Source of the DNA: Pirellulales bacterium
GTDB lineage: Bacteria > Planctomycetota > Planctomycetia > Pirellulales > PALSA-1355
Length of the DNA: 64,000 bases
Direction of reading: 5' to 3'
NCBI GenBank assembly: GCA_963733035.1
Contig: CAVTBU010000002.1
Location: forward strand, 1-64,000
In this document: piece by piece, positions 41,243 to 52,581 of the stretch
Layout: each line of letters opens with the position of its first letter
Numbering within the stretch: position 1 is the first letter of the stretch
Made by a program: the position numbers and the translations under genes
The notes under the pieces: generated by a model
What the model saw: only the letters and a program-made list of their open reading frames with translations
Databases searched by the model: none
Told to the model about the DNA's origin: nothing

Positions 41243-42283
41243 CTACGGCAAAAACCTCACTTGTCGCAACCGCTTGCAGCCGCGTAGTACGAGCGCGATG
41301 AGAGTCACGAACGGCCGCGCGACCCGCGCGTCGCGAATCGCGTCATCCCTCACGTTTTTGCTGTTTACTGGCCGTCGCATTCGCCTGGTCCGACTGGCTG
41401 TGCGCTGCCGGTCCAGCTCCATGGTTAGCGCGGTTAACCCTGCCATGCCCCCCAGTTGCATGGACTCCACCGCGGTGCTGGGAACAACAACGATCGTGGC
41501 ATTCTGCTTGAGCCCCTCGTACAGCATGTTCATGGCGCGCAGGTGGAAAGCCGTCGGATTGTCCGCGTAAGAGTTGGCGGCCTCTTTAAATTTCTCGGCG
41601 ATCTGTCGTTCGGAATCGCCCAGGGTAACCCTGGCCTGGCGTTCGCGTTCGGCTTGTGCTTGCATGGACATAGCATCCTCCAAGCCCGGAGGTATCAGCA
41701 CATCCTTCACCTCGACCGAAATCACGTTGATCCCCCACGGTTCGGTACGCTCATCGATGATCTTTTGAAGTTCGCCACTGATCTTTTCCCGCCCTTCGAG
41801 CATGTCGGATAGCATTGTTTTGCCAATCACGTCGCGCAGAGCCGTTTGCGAGGCCCAACTGATTGCGCTCCGATAGTCGGCGACGTCCAGTGCCGCTTTC
41901 TTCGCGTCGATGACCTTCCAAAAAAGCACGGCATCCACGTCCACCGGAACCGTGTCCTTGGTGAGCGTCTTCTCGGCGTGGAATGCGGTCGTGATCACGC
42001 GAAGATCAATCCAGTAGGGGATCGTCTCAACGACCGGAATGATAAGAAAGAGTCCGGGCCCTTCAAGACTTCGGAACTGTCCAAGGCGCAAGACGACCGC
42101 CTTTTCCCATTGGTCCGCCACACGGATGGCGGAAGAGACAATGATCGCGGTCAGCAGAGCGCAGCCCCCGATCCAAGCGCTGCCCACATAAGCGTGATTG
42201 GCAAAGGCGACGTATGCCAACCCCAGGCCAGCGCCAAGGATGATAAGGAAGATCAACGCCGGAAACGCGCTGGATGTTCGCAT
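41243..42283 (-). CDS. SPFH/stomatin (slipin) protein; C-terminal tail doubtful
   Basis: WEKAVVLRLG, LTKDTVPVDVDAV, SQTALRDVIG, QAQAERERQAR. Confidence 0.9.
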   Translation of the reverse strand: MRTSSAFPALIFLIILGAGLGLAYVAFANHAYVGSAWIGGCALLTAIIVSSAIRVADQWEKAVVLRLGQFRSLEGPGLFLIIPVVETIPYWIDLRVITTAFHAEKTLTKDTVPVDVDAVLFWKVIDAKKAALDVADYRSAISWASQTALRDVIGKTMLSDMLEGREKISGELQKIIDERTEPWGINVISVEVKDVLIPPGLEDAMSMQAQAERERQARVTLGDSERQIAEKFKEAANSYADNPTAFHLRAMNMLYEGLKQNATIVVVPSTAVESMQLGGMAGLTALTMELDRQRTASRTRRMRRPVNSKNVRDDAIRDARVARPFVTLIALVLRGCKRLRQVRFLP

Positions 42284-42814
42284 CGTATTGCCCTCCAAAA
42301 GTTTGTCGATCTACAACCTTCCGCCACCTCTTCCGGCAAAACGCTGGTTGAATTCTTGTCCTCGCGACACGACTGATTGAGCAAGAGCAACTAGCAATTC
42401 CCCAATCGCCAGTCTATCGTCTGAAACGGTCAAAATCTCAGGACACACGATCAACCGGGACTGCGATCGAGCACGTTCCCCAGGCTTGCGGAATGCAACG
42501 CGGCACGAGTTCGATCGACGACAGCGCCAAAAGACCCAGTGGCGCCCGCGCAATCATTTGACGCGGAACCACGCTTACCGAAACGCTTGAGTTTAACCGT
42601 CGATTGGCTCGTGATCCGCGTCCGCCCGAGCTAAATGCCGAGATGAGCAACCCAAACGAAACACGACCGCAAACGCAGCGATACGTTCGCGGGCGAGCGA
42701 GTTGGCGTTCGGTCCCCAGACCGACCCGCGGAGTTCGTTCTTTCGGTACTTCGGTAGCGCTGGCACCCGAATTCGCGCGGGAAACCGGCAACCCCACGTC
42801 GTTTCCTGCCTCGC

Positions 42815-44089
42815 CTACCGTGCCGCCGTCGACGTCTGCCGGCGGCGCCGGCGGGCGACGAAGGCCAACACGATTAGACCGCCGCCGGCCAGGACGACGG
42901 TCGCAGGCTCGGGTACCGCGGCGGGGTTTACGCCCAACACTGCGGGCGACATGCTGTTGGTGGTGAACGCAATCGTGTGGTTAATCGTGTCTACCGTTCC
43001 GCCCCATTCCCAATCGCCGGCGCCACCGTTCAGCGTGCTGTTGTAGTGCCAGATGACCAGGTCGTTCGGATCGAAATTTGCCGGAAGCAAACTGGGATCG
43101 TAGTTGAACACCAAGGTCACATCGCCACTGAGCGTGCCGTCGTGTTCGAGATTCCAGATCTGTGGCGCACCAATTTCGGTGGTGGACGTCGATAGAGCAA
43201 AGACGGGCACGTTTTGGGCCGCCGTTACAGCGGCTTGCGTCAGGCTGGTGATTCCTGGCAGTTGTTGGACCGAGACCTCCGTGACCGTCGAAGCCGGGTC
43301 CAATTCGACTGACACACCGCCGGTCGTACTCGATCCTCCCAATACGTCAGCCACGTTGACGATTTGATTGCCGACCTGGGTTGGCACGACCGGCGCGATG
43401 TTGGACGACGGACCCGACAGGGCGAAATGTGCGGTGGCCGCAACGTTGGCCGTGAAGACCATGGAACTCGTGAACGTGTAAGCGCCATCGAGAGTCAGAG
43501 ACCAATCGCCTGTCGCGCTGTTTCCTGTCAGGTGCCAAACGGATCCGGGGTCCATTACGACCTGGTCGGAACCGGCATAGTCATGGGTACTCTGACCGAC
43601 AACGTCGAGTTGAGCGCTATTCACATAGAAGTAGCTTTGAGTTCCGTCGAAATCTCCGTTCGAGCCGGATATCGAGGTGTTGGGCGCGTTGTAGTAGTTC
43701 CAAACTATGTTTCGCCAGGCATAAGCCGTACCCCCGTCAACGCCGGCGAAGTTGGCCGGTGCCGGGGCGTTCGGGTCCGCGGATAGACCATCTCCCGGCG
43801 TGGCAGTCGAGGTGCGCGAATCGAGTTGAAAATAGCCGTTGTCGGTAGGAAACGAGAGACTCGTGGGAATATCGGTCGACGGGTCAAAGTTGACCACGAA
43901 ATTCCCGCTAACGCCGGCCGTTAGGCTACCGGGCGACTGGGGCGTCGTTCCGCCCAGCAAGTCGAGCGTGCTCGACGGTTGAATCGTGAAAACGACACTG
44001 TGATCGTCGCCAGCAGCTTGACGTGCCAACACAAAAACTAACACCGTCGACAGGGCGGTGCCAAATGCAACCAGCCGCGCATGGTTCAT
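42815..44089 (-). CDS. PEP-CTERM surface protein
   Basis: Signal peptide, Ser/Thr/Asn-rich body, VPEPATVVLAGGG..RRRRR. Confidence 0.9.
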   Translation of the reverse strand: MNHARLVAFGTALSTVLVFVLARQAAGDDHSVVFTIQPSSTLDLLGGTTPQSPGSLTAGVSGNFVVNFDPSTDIPTSLSFPTDNGYFQLDSRTSTATPGDGLSADPNAPAPANFAGVDGGTAYAWRNIVWNYYNAPNTSISGSNGDFDGTQSYFYVNSAQLDVVGQSTHDYAGSDQVVMDPGSVWHLTGNSATGDWSLTLDGAYTFTSSMVFTANVAATAHFALSGPSSNIAPVVPTQVGNQIVNVADVLGGSSTTGGVSVELDPASTVTEVSVQQLPGITSLTQAAVTAAQNVPVFALSTSTTEIGAPQIWNLEHDGTLSGDVTLVFNYDPSLLPANFDPNDLVIWHYNSTLNGGAGDWEWGGTVDTINHTIAFTTNSMSPAVLGVNPAAVPEPATVVLAGGGLIVLAFVARRRRRQTSTAAR

Positions 44090-44456
44090 TGGGGGCCTCC
44101 AAGGAGAAGAGCAAGACAAATGGTTCGTTCCTCGTGACGAGGAAAAATATCGAGCCGGCTCTTACACCATGCAGCGTCACCCCCTAGGTTGGTAGAGCGT
44201 ATGGTACCATCCGCACCGGAATTGTAAACCAATTTTCGCGAAGGATCCCGGCCGCCGATCTTTCACCGAGCCCGAAAGAACCCGCTGCCCCGCCCGCTCA
44301 CGCACGCGGCATCGGGCAGCACACGTCGAGATTGATTGAACTCGGACCATTGCCCAGTTAAGCTGCCCCTGGGCGGTCTGGGGGAAACCTGGCAAATCGT
44401 TTGAGGCCCCAAGCGCGCTGCACTTCTGCACTTACGATCTAGGGCGGGCACTTCTC

Positions 44457-46619
44457 ATGCGACGTTCATTTGTGGCACACGCTTCACGATTGGTTCGATC
44501 ACTGCTTCTGTTGGCGTCAATCGCCGCGTCTGCCACGGCGGATCAACATCCGCTGGCCGCGCAGGTAACCATTCGACGCACGCAGTATGGCGTGCCGCAC
44601 ATTCAGGCCGACTCGCTCGAGGCGGTGGCGTTCGGTCTTGGTTATTGCCAGGCGGAGGATCACTTGCCCAACATCATGCGGGGAATCGTCGGCGTAAGAA
44701 GTCAACTCGCGGCGACCTTCGGCCCCGATGCCGAAAAACCGGGCGACGGCAAGAACCTCGCCGCCGATCTGTTCAATCGCCAGTTTCGCGTTTATCGCCG
44801 CGCCGTCGATTCCTATCACAAACTCGACCCCGACTATCGTGCCATGTGCGAGGGTTTTGCAGCGGGATTGAACTACTATGTCGCGCTGCATCGCGACAGC
44901 GCCCCCGAACGGGCGCCGACCGTCACGGGACATGACGTCGTGGCCTACGGCCTGGCAGGCGTGATGCGGTTCGCTTTCAATCGCGGCAAAATCATCGAGG
45001 AGTTTCTCAAGCAACAGGGCGCCGACACCGCTTCAATTCCCAACGATTCACTTGCCGCTGAAGTGGGCTCGAACATGTGGGCGCTTAGTCCCAGCCGCAG
45101 CCGGTCCGGCCGCGCCATCCTGATGGGCAATCCGCATCAACCATGGGCCCCCGTGTCGACCTACTACGAAGCCCATCTCATTGTGCCGGGCCAGTTGAAC
45201 TTCTATGGTTCCACGTTTATCGGCCGGCCGGTGCTGACTACGGGCTGGAATGAACACCTCGGCTGGTCGCACACGGTGAACTACCCCGATCTCGAGGAAA
45301 TTTATGAGTTAGAGCTGGACCCTGCGAAGCCAGACCACTACCGCTTCGACGGCGATGCGATACCGCTCGAGAAGGACGACGTGCAGGTCGGGGTTCTAAA
45401 CGGGGACCAAAAATCAGTCGTGGCCCGCACGTTTTGGCACACGCCCTTGGGGCCGGTCATACACCGCACTCCGAACAAAGTCTACATTTTGCGGAGTGCC
45501 TGTTGGGAGAATTATCGCGCGTATGAGCAGTGGTTGAAGATGACTCAGGCGCAAAGCTATGCCGAGTTTCGCCGGACGCTGGAAATGAACCAATTGCCGA
45601 TGTTCAACATCTGCTATGCGGATCGGGCTGGAAATATTTTCTACCTCTGGAACGGCACCGTTCCGAAGCTGCCGCATGGCGCGCACAAAGCCGAAGCGGT
45701 CCCAGCCAGTCGCACATCCGACATCTGGACCGAGTTCCTCGCGACCGACGAGCTGCCACAATTGTTCAACCCGCCGGGCGGATATGTGCAGAATTGCAAT
45801 TCACCGCCGTACTTTACGAACCTCCGTGCCCCGCTCGACCCCGCGAAGTTCCCACCGTACTTTCCGGCGAACAACGTCAGCCTTCGCAGCCAGCACAGCC
45901 TGCGCTTGGTTGACGGCGATCAAAAGTTCACGCTGGAGGAGGTGCGCGACCGCAAACATAGCCCCGGCATGCTGTTGGCAGAGCGTGTGAAAGGCGATCT
46001 GATCGGAGCCCTGCGAGAAATGCCGCCCACGTCGGAAATCGAAGTGGCGATCGCGGCGTTGGAAGCCTGGGACAACACCGTGGCGGCCGACAGCCGCGGC
46101 GGTACGTTGTTCAACGCCTGGTGGGACCGCTACTCGGATGCGGACGGCAAGTACGCTGTGGAATGGTCGGCCGACGAACCGACATCCACTCCCCGCGGAT
46201 TGGCCGATCCCCAGCTCGCCCGCCGAACGTTCCTCGCCGCGCTCGCCGACGTGCAACAACTTTACGGACGATCGGACGTCAGCTGGGGCGAGTCGCATCG
46301 CATTCGCAAGCAAGGCGTCGATCTGCCGGTCAGCGGGGGCTCTGGGCTGTTGGGGTGCTTCCGCGTGCTCGGTTTCCGCCCAGCCGAGGATGGCAAGCAA
46401 GTGGCCAATGGCGGCGACAGTTGGGTCTTCGCCGTGGAATTCAGCGAACCGCCTCGCGCCTACACGGTGGTGGCCTACAGCGAAAGCGAGATCGCCGGAT
46501 CTCCATACTACGCCGATCAATCGCCCCTTTTTTCGGCAAGTCAAATGAAGCGGGCCGCGTTCACCGATGCGGAAATTCAGGCCCAACTGCTCAAGACCTA
46601 CCATCCCGGCGAAGAGTAG
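44457..46619 (+). CDS. penicillin/AHL acylase family (S45 Ntn hydrolase)
   Basis: IRRTQYGVPHI, GYCQAED, GSNMWA (beta-chain Ser), NPHQPW. Confidence 0.92.
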   Translation: MRRSFVAHASRLVRSLLLLASIAASATADQHPLAAQVTIRRTQYGVPHIQADSLEAVAFGLGYCQAEDHLPNIMRGIVGVRSQLAATFGPDAEKPGDGKNLAADLFNRQFRVYRRAVDSYHKLDPDYRAMCEGFAAGLNYYVALHRDSAPERAPTVTGHDVVAYGLAGVMRFAFNRGKIIEEFLKQQGADTASIPNDSLAAEVGSNMWALSPSRSRSGRAILMGNPHQPWAPVSTYYEAHLIVPGQLNFYGSTFIGRPVLTTGWNEHLGWSHTVNYPDLEEIYELELDPAKPDHYRFDGDAIPLEKDDVQVGVLNGDQKSVVARTFWHTPLGPVIHRTPNKVYILRSACWENYRAYEQWLKMTQAQSYAEFRRTLEMNQLPMFNICYADRAGNIFYLWNGTVPKLPHGAHKAEAVPASRTSDIWTEFLATDELPQLFNPPGGYVQNCNSPPYFTNLRAPLDPAKFPPYFPANNVSLRSQHSLRLVDGDQKFTLEEVRDRKHSPGMLLAERVKGDLIGALREMPPTSEIEVAIAALEAWDNTVAADSRGGTLFNAWWDRYSDADGKYAVEWSADEPTSTPRGLADPQLARRTFLAALADVQQLYGRSDVSWGESHRIRKQGVDLPVSGGSGLLGCFRVLGFRPAEDGKQVANGGDSWVFAVEFSEPPRAYTVVAYSESEIAGSPYYADQSPLFSASQMKRAAFTDAEIQAQLLKTYHPGEE

Positions 46620-46643
46620 TTTGCCGGTGGATTCGATTCCGCG

Positions 46644-47258
46644 TTAACGAGTGGCCGCTCCCAGGTAGTGCTCGGCGGCGACGGCGAGCGTGCCGGGCAT
46701 TTGAAATCGCTCGAGCCGATTGATTTCCAACCCCGACGAGGTGACAAGCTGGTCGATGGCGCGATTCAGGTTGCAGCCGCAGCCAATGACGCGTTGCACG
46801 CCGTTCCAACGGTCCTGACGGCGGGAGATTCGCTCGTCGTTGCTACGGCCGTGTTCGAGAAACAATAGCTTCCCGCCCGGCTTGAGTACCCGGCGCACCT
46901 CGGATAAGGCGGCGTCCACATCGGGAATTGTGCATAGCGTCCAGGTGGAAACGACGGTGTCGAAACGCTCCATCTCGAACGGCAGGCGTTCGGCGTCAAG
47001 AAACGCCCGCTCGACCGGCATGTGGGCCGCGGCAATGCGCCTATCGACGCGGCGCTGGAGGTGCCGGGCCGGGTCGATGACCGTTAGCTGTTTGACCGCG
47101 TCCGGGTAGTAGCTCAGATTAAGTCCCGTACCGAAGCCGATCTCCAGGACGTCGCCCTGCGCATCGGCCAGCGCGCGGCCACGATATTCCATTGGGCGGC
47201 GACCGCCCAGAGCCAGTTCGAGCAGATGCGGAAAGATGAAGTCGCTGTAAATCCCCAC
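46644..47258 (-). CDS. class I SAM-dependent methyltransferase
   Basis: VLEIGFGTGLNL, TWTLCTI, RVLKPGG, GCNLNR. Confidence 0.9.
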   Translation of the reverse strand: MGIYSDFIFPHLLELALGGRRPMEYRGRALADAQGDVLEIGFGTGLNLSYYPDAVKQLTVIDPARHLQRRVDRRIAAAHMPVERAFLDAERLPFEMERFDTVVSTWTLCTIPDVDAALSEVRRVLKPGGKLLFLEHGRSNDERISRRQDRWNGVQRVIGCGCNLNRAIDQLVTSSGLEINRLERFQMPGTLAVAAEHYLGAATR

Positions 47259-47402
47259 GACAGGTTCTCGACGCAGCACGGGCGAACGTTCATCAGCAGG
47301 CAAATGCCATCGTAAAGCACCATGACGAGCGAAACAAGCGAGCGTGGAACGCCGGCGTTGGACCGTCGCATGCGCATCCAAGCCTCCTTGCTGCAGCCGG
47401 CG

Positions 47403-48260
47403 CTACCGGGCTTTGCGAATATCAATCGAACTATTGCTGGTTGTCAATTCCAGTGAGAACTTAGGATCCTTGCCGACGACGCCGGACTTCTTCCGTCGAC
47501 TGCGCGAGCCGTTGTCGTCAAAGTCAAAATCGCAATCAATTCGACCGTTGGAGGTCACTGCCTCGAAGCGGAACTCGCTATCCTCGGGAAGCACGGCGTC
47601 GACGGGACCGTTCGACGTGGACAACTCGTGATCCCCGTTCGCCAGGCTCCCTTTAAAGCGGACGCCAGCATTTGACGTGCCGGCATCGACAACCGCGTCC
47701 TGCGCTTCAATCAAGATCGGACCGTTGCTCGTGCGGACGTCAATCCTTCCGCTTGCTTCGACGACGTCGACCTTGGCGTTCGACGTCTTGGCTTCGATGC
47801 TGCCGTGCATGCCTTCGCAAACGACATAGCCGTTGCTGCTCTTGAGTTCGACGGTTGACTCCGGCGGCGCGGCAATAACTACCGAAGCACCGCTGTCGCC
47901 GACCGTGTGGCCAATGCGTTTGATGTGAATGCGCACTTCATCGTCATCACCGGTCATCGTCACTTCAATAGCTTCCAAATTGGCCAATGCCGCCTTTTCG
48001 TCAAACCCACTGGCCCGCTTGATCACCTCGACGACGACCTCGTCCTGCTCTCCGTTGCTAATGTCGATCGAGCCGTTGAACGTTTCGACAATGATCTTTG
48101 GGTGGGGCCCGGTGGAAAAGACGTCGGCAACTGTTTCGCTGGCCCGATGCAGCGGCAAGTCGCACCCTTGGAGGTTCGTCACGAGGAGCAACAGGCCAAA
48201 GGCCGCAAGGATGTTTTGTAGGCTGGGTTGCAAGCGTGTCATGGCAATGCCTCGATGCAA
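47403..48260 (-). CDS. DUF4097-like lipoprotein
   Basis: LQGC lipobox; repeated TSNG strands. Confidence 0.82.
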   Translation of the reverse strand: MHRGIAMTRLQPSLQNILAAFGLLLLVTNLQGCDLPLHRASETVADVFSTGPHPKIIVETFNGSIDISNGEQDEVVVEVIKRASGFDEKAALANLEAIEVTMTGDDDEVRIHIKRIGHTVGDSGASVVIAAPPESTVELKSSNGYVVCEGMHGSIEAKTSNAKVDVVEASGRIDVRTSNGPILIEAQDAVVDAGTSNAGVRFKGSLANGDHELSTSNGPVDAVLPEDSEFRFEAVTSNGRIDCDFDFDDNGSRSRRKKSGVVGKDPKFSLELTTSNSSIDIRKAR

Positions 48261-48473
48261 ATACGGCAGAATAGTTGTTCCCTTCAGGCGGTATTCGCTT
48301 GCCCCGCACCGTTCTTGGCACTTTCGGCAAATTTTCTTGCGGCCAGCCCATGCCGCTCCTAGCCGTTGCGGCCAACGAGCGATTGCCTGATATTAACACC
48401 TCGTCGCAGAACTCCCAAGTACCAGTGGGCATCGTCGCCCCGGGGCGCTCGAAAATCGCAGAAGGTGCCACAT

Positions 48474-49388
48474 ATGACCGAAGGTCGCGCCCTGGGCATT
48501 GATATTGGAGGCACGAAGATCGCCGTTGCCGCCATCGACCAGACGGGCACGATTCATGCCCAAGAGGCGTTCGCCACTGAAGCAGAACAAGGATTCGAGC
48601 GTGCCGCCGGGAGGATGGTCGAAATGGCCGACCGTGTGTTGTCGCTTGCCGGCTGGCGGCGCGAACAACTCTGCGGTGTGGGAGTCGGCTGTGCCGGACC
48701 GGTCAGCGCCGAGCGCGGCACAATCAATAACCCATACACGCTGCCGACATGGCACGATTGCGACATCGTTGGGCGACTTCGTCGCGAATTCGACCGGCCC
48801 GCCTATCTGGAAAACGACGCCGACGCCGCGGCATTGGGAGAGTGGTTCGCCGGCGCTGCGCGAGGGTCCAACCGCGTGGTCATGCTTACGCTCGGCACCG
48901 GGGTCGGCGGCGGGGTGGTGATCGACGGTGAAGTCTATCGCGGCGCGGGAGGCGAGCATCCAGAGTTGGGGCATATGCCCATCGCCGAGAGCGGCCCGGA
49001 ATGCTACTGCGGCACGCGCGGATGCCTGGAGACCATCGCTTCGGGAACCGGAATCGCGCTGGCCGGCGCGTCAGCCGGGTGGTCCGCTAGCCGTGCTGTT
49101 TTCGAGGCAGCCGAGGGGGGCGATGCCGCGGCTTTGGCAATCATCGAGCGCGTTGGCGACGCGCTGGCGATGGCCACTTGGACCATTCTGCACACCTTTC
49201 TGCCGGAGGTGATCGTCCTGGGTGGCGGCATCGGAGACGTGCATTTCGAGCGGTTTGCACCCGCGATGGCAGCCCGGATTCCGTTGGCCACGATGGTACC
49301 CGCCGGGGGCACTCGCGTGGTCCGGGCCACGCTAGGCAATGATGCCGGGCTGGTGGGCGCGGCGAGTTTGGCACTGCCAGCCCGATAG
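48474..49388 (+). CDS. ROK-family sugar kinase
   Basis: GIDIGGTK, ENDADAAALGE, LGTGVGGG, ELGH, CYCGTRGCLE. Confidence 0.93.
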   Translation: MTEGRALGIDIGGTKIAVAAIDQTGTIHAQEAFATEAEQGFERAAGRMVEMADRVLSLAGWRREQLCGVGVGCAGPVSAERGTINNPYTLPTWHDCDIVGRLRREFDRPAYLENDADAAALGEWFAGAARGSNRVVMLTLGTGVGGGVVIDGEVYRGAGGEHPELGHMPIAESGPECYCGTRGCLETIASGTGIALAGASAGWSASRAVFEAAEGGDAAALAIIERVGDALAMATWTILHTFLPEVIVLGGGIGDVHFERFAPAMAARIPLATMVPAGGTRVVRATLGNDAGLVGAASLALPAR

Positions 49389-49508
49389 AGAACGAGAAAT
49401 GGAGAAATCGTCGCGCGGACCGATCGCATGCAGAGCGGCGAAAAATATCGAGTCCCAATTGTTGCCGGTTGGTCCGCCGGCGAGCGATGTGCGACGGAGA
49501 GGAGTGGG

Positions 49509-51101
49509 CTAGAGGTTAACCGACAAGAAAAGCAGGAACATGATCAGGATGACCAGGGCGATCGCGCCGCCGACGCCCAGGGCCAGGACCATTCCCATCC
49601 GCGACAACATATTGTCGGACTGCGACTTGCCGGCGCAACCCAATGGGGCCGGCGGTAGTTGCTGTTCCGACGGAGGAAGGGCGGATGCCGTCAGCAACTC
49701 ATCCATGAGGTCGTCTCCCCCGCCCAGGTCGACCTGAGGTACCGTCGGCGCTTTAGCAGCGCTTTGCACTCCCGATTTCGGCTTGCCGGCAGACGAGCCC
49801 TGTTTGATTCCCGACGACGATGCTCCTTTAAGTCCAGAACTTCCAGCCTTCCTGGCTCCGGACTTACCAGCCGCGGACTTTCCAGCCGCGGACTGGCTCG
49901 CGGCGGATTTGCTGGCTGCACTGCTCTGAGCGGCGGACTTGCCGGCCTGCGAGTCCTTCAGCTTCTTCTCGCGGCCGTTGAGTTCATCTTCGAGCGGTGC
50001 CAAGTCGAGGTTTTCGTTTAGCGACGGACCCGACGGCGGCGGCACCAGCGTGTCGCTGGAAATGCCCGAACCGCCCGTGTCGTAGCCGAGCCAGTCGGCC
50101 AGTGCCTGGGCCACCTCGTCGCCTGACTGAAACCGCTCGTCAAGGCTTTTGGCCATCATCTTGCTACAGATGGCAATCAATTCTTCCGGCGCGTCCGGGC
50201 GAAACTGCCGAATGTCGGTCGGTTCGGCCGACTGATGCTGCATCAGCCGCTGCGGGATCGTGCCTTGCGGGAAAGGGGAATCGCCCGTGAGCATGAAATA
50301 CAGCGTGCAGCCCAGACTATAGATATCGGCCCGGGCATCGACCTTATGACTGTCGAGCGCCTGTTCCGGGGCGAGATAATCGACGGTCCCGATCATCTTT
50401 TGATCGTATGCCATCGTGAGCGAGCCTTGCGATTCGTCGGTGAACCGCGCGAGGCCCATATCCAGGATCTTGACGGTGCCCTCTTTATCGACGAGTAGAT
50501 TGGCAGGCTTGATGTCGCGGTGAATCAACCCCATGCGATGTGCGTAGCCCAAGCCCTCGGCGGCCTGACGCGTGTAATTGGCCGCCGTTTCGAACGGCAA
50601 CGGACCGGTGCGACTGACGATGGCTTGGATATCGGTGCCGTCGACAAATTCCATTACCAGGTAATGGAAGTTCTCGTGCTGGTCGACGTCGAACGCGCGA
50701 ATAATATTCGGATGCGACAGCGCCGCCGCGGCGCGAGCTTCCTGGTGGAAACGCTCGATGTACGATGACTGCGCCGCCAGGTGAGCCGGGAGCAGTTTGA
50801 TGGCCACACGGTGACGCATGACCTGATGCTCGGCCAGATAGACCGAGCCCATTCCACCCGTGCCAATGTGGCTGAGCAGCTTGTACTTGCCGAGGTGGAA
50901 ACCCTTGTGACGCCCCTGCAACAGCTTCTCGCTCTGCCATTCGGTCAACAGTCCGGCCTTGGTCAGGCAGGATGCGACAATACCGCTATCCTTGACCGAC
51001 TGGTCGACGCCCGAGAGCGCTTGGTTCAGCCGCTCATCGTCGACCAACCCACTGCGCTTGACCAGGTCTACGAACTGTTCGACCTTCAATTTGGCCATCA
51101 C
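49509..51101 (-). CDS. Hanks-type Ser/Thr protein kinase with C-terminal TM
   Basis: IGTGGMG, VAIK, HRDIKPANLL, DMG, YLAPEQ. Confidence 0.95.
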   Translation of the reverse strand: MMAKLKVEQFVDLVKRSGLVDDERLNQALSGVDQSVKDSGIVASCLTKAGLLTEWQSEKLLQGRHKGFHLGKYKLLSHIGTGGMGSVYLAEHQVMRHRVAIKLLPAHLAAQSSYIERFHQEARAAAALSHPNIIRAFDVDQHENFHYLVMEFVDGTDIQAIVSRTGPLPFETAANYTRQAAEGLGYAHRMGLIHRDIKPANLLVDKEGTVKILDMGLARFTDESQGSLTMAYDQKMIGTVDYLAPEQALDSHKVDARADIYSLGCTLYFMLTGDSPFPQGTIPQRLMQHQSAEPTDIRQFRPDAPEELIAICSKMMAKSLDERFQSGDEVAQALADWLGYDTGGSGISSDTLVPPPSGPSLNENLDLAPLEDELNGREKKLKDSQAGKSAAQSSAASKSAASQSAAGKSAAGKSGARKAGSSGLKGASSSGIKQGSSAGKPKSGVQSAAKAPTVPQVDLGGGDDLMDELLTASALPPSEQQLPPAPLGCAGKSQSDNMLSRMGMVLALGVGGAIALVILIMFLLFLSVNL

Positions 51102-51718
51102 TCACGAGTAAGAAAAAACGGCTTTTTTCTGCGATCATTATCATATCACGAATCCCCCGCGTGGGTAGACGACGATCTTGCGTCACCGCCGAGCAGCCCA
51201 GGGGCACTGTGGTGGGGGATCCGAAGTTGTTCCGTGCAGCCGTGCCCGACCGGATATCTAGTATCTAAGATCGGACTTTTTCCTTCCCTGGAACGCCGGC
51301 TAAGTCTCCATCGCTTGGGAAATTCTTATCGGGTGCTGTCGCCCGCACCGCCGGTGGACCACGTACGGCCCCCCGGCTCGCAGCGCATGACCGCGTTTGT
51401 TATTTGAGACTGGTATTTGTTTGCGCGAACAGGCAAATTCCTCGACACGCTACTTGGGCAATTTTCCTTCGCCAACAATCAGCGGCACCGGCCTGATGAA
51501 ATGTGATTTCCAAGGAGGATTCGCAGGTGTCGGCAGATCGTGCGCCACGAGCGAATCAGCAATCAATTCCTTCTCCTCCGTTGTTCATCAAGTCCGTCCT
51601 GGAGCAAGTAATACAAAGGGGATCGGGGAGGCCGGGAAATATCCGGATCATACCCGTAATGTCAATTCGGTCAAGTAATTGGGACGACGGGCAAAAGTTC
51701 TTTGCGCCGATCTGCAAA

Positions 51719-52207
51719 CTATCGTTCTGCTCCCCAGCCGGGCAGCGACCGCACACCACCCATGGCCGGAACGGGACCTAGTTGGCGAATGCCAAAATTA
51801 CGACGTGAATAAGGATACTGGCGCTGTCCATAATTATTGTAGCGCACCGGTCCCCACTGGCCCAATTCTGGATAGCCCGACTGCGAGCCTCGGTACGAGT
51901 ACACGCGATTGCGGCGCGAAGCGCGTAACTGCGCGTAGGTCTCAGGATCGTAGTTCACCCACTTGCCGTCGGACCAATAGACCCATTTCTCACTCGGTAG
52001 CCAGTACCACCACATACCCTGGTGCTGACGATAGCGCCATTTTTCTCCGCCTTGGGTCGGCGTCTGATCGGTCTGACTATCCGCGGAGGCCGCGCTCGGG
52101 GCAGGCTCAGCCGGTTGCGGCGTCGCCGGCTCTTCGGCATTGGCCCTGGCAACGGCTACCAAACCCAACAGCGCCGTGATCGTCGCGGCAAACATGAGAG
52201 AGCGCAT
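51719..52207 (-). CDS. secreted Trp/Tyr-rich hypothetical protein
   Basis: GGAGG RBS, signal peptide, WRYR..WWYW..WVYW..W. Confidence 0.75.
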   Translation of the reverse strand: MRSLMFAATITALLGLVAVARANAEEPATPQPAEPAPSAASADSQTDQTPTQGGEKWRYRQHQGMWWYWLPSEKWVYWSDGKWVNYDPETYAQLRASRRNRVYSYRGSQSGYPELGQWGPVRYNNYGQRQYPYSRRNFGIRQLGPVPAMGGVRSLPGWGAER

Positions 52208-52581
52208 TGAAATTCCTCCAGTCTTGGAGTTGCAAGTTCGTATTTCTCGCCACATTCCATTATCTCCTACTCCAGGTTCCCGGGCAAAAAAGCTGCGTGG
52301 CGGGACCCCGGATTCGCGGAAACGTCACACTTCGGCGACCGCGTTGCCGATGCATGCCCGGGGGACAATCGGGGCTGTGCTGCCCACCTGATCAACCGGC
52401 ACAGGTTGTCGCGCGGGGCTGTCTAAGGTGTTCTTGGACAGGCGATTAAGGAAAAACCCGTGCCCCGCGTGAGCTGTCGCCCCTCAGCCGGGCCATAGTT
52501 GCCGCATCTCGAATCCCGATACACAAACCAGGGCCTTTCGACGTCGCGGCAGGCCAGTTGCACCCCTGGAAACGACCGCCG

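Noticed and set aside
41243..41400. Extended basic C-terminus of the slipin
   Set aside because: Composition suggests read-through from an indel or lost stop, not a domain
44457..46619. Acylase and MBL-fold protein as a beta-lactam resistance regulon of BlaI
   Set aside because: No operator seen upstream, the M56 sensors lack a penicillin-binding domain, and the MBL protein is ComEC-like
51102..51718. Long intergenic region (also 42300-42810) as ncRNA or riboswitch
   Set aside because: No recognisable motif or convincing structure by eye; an Rfam scan is needed
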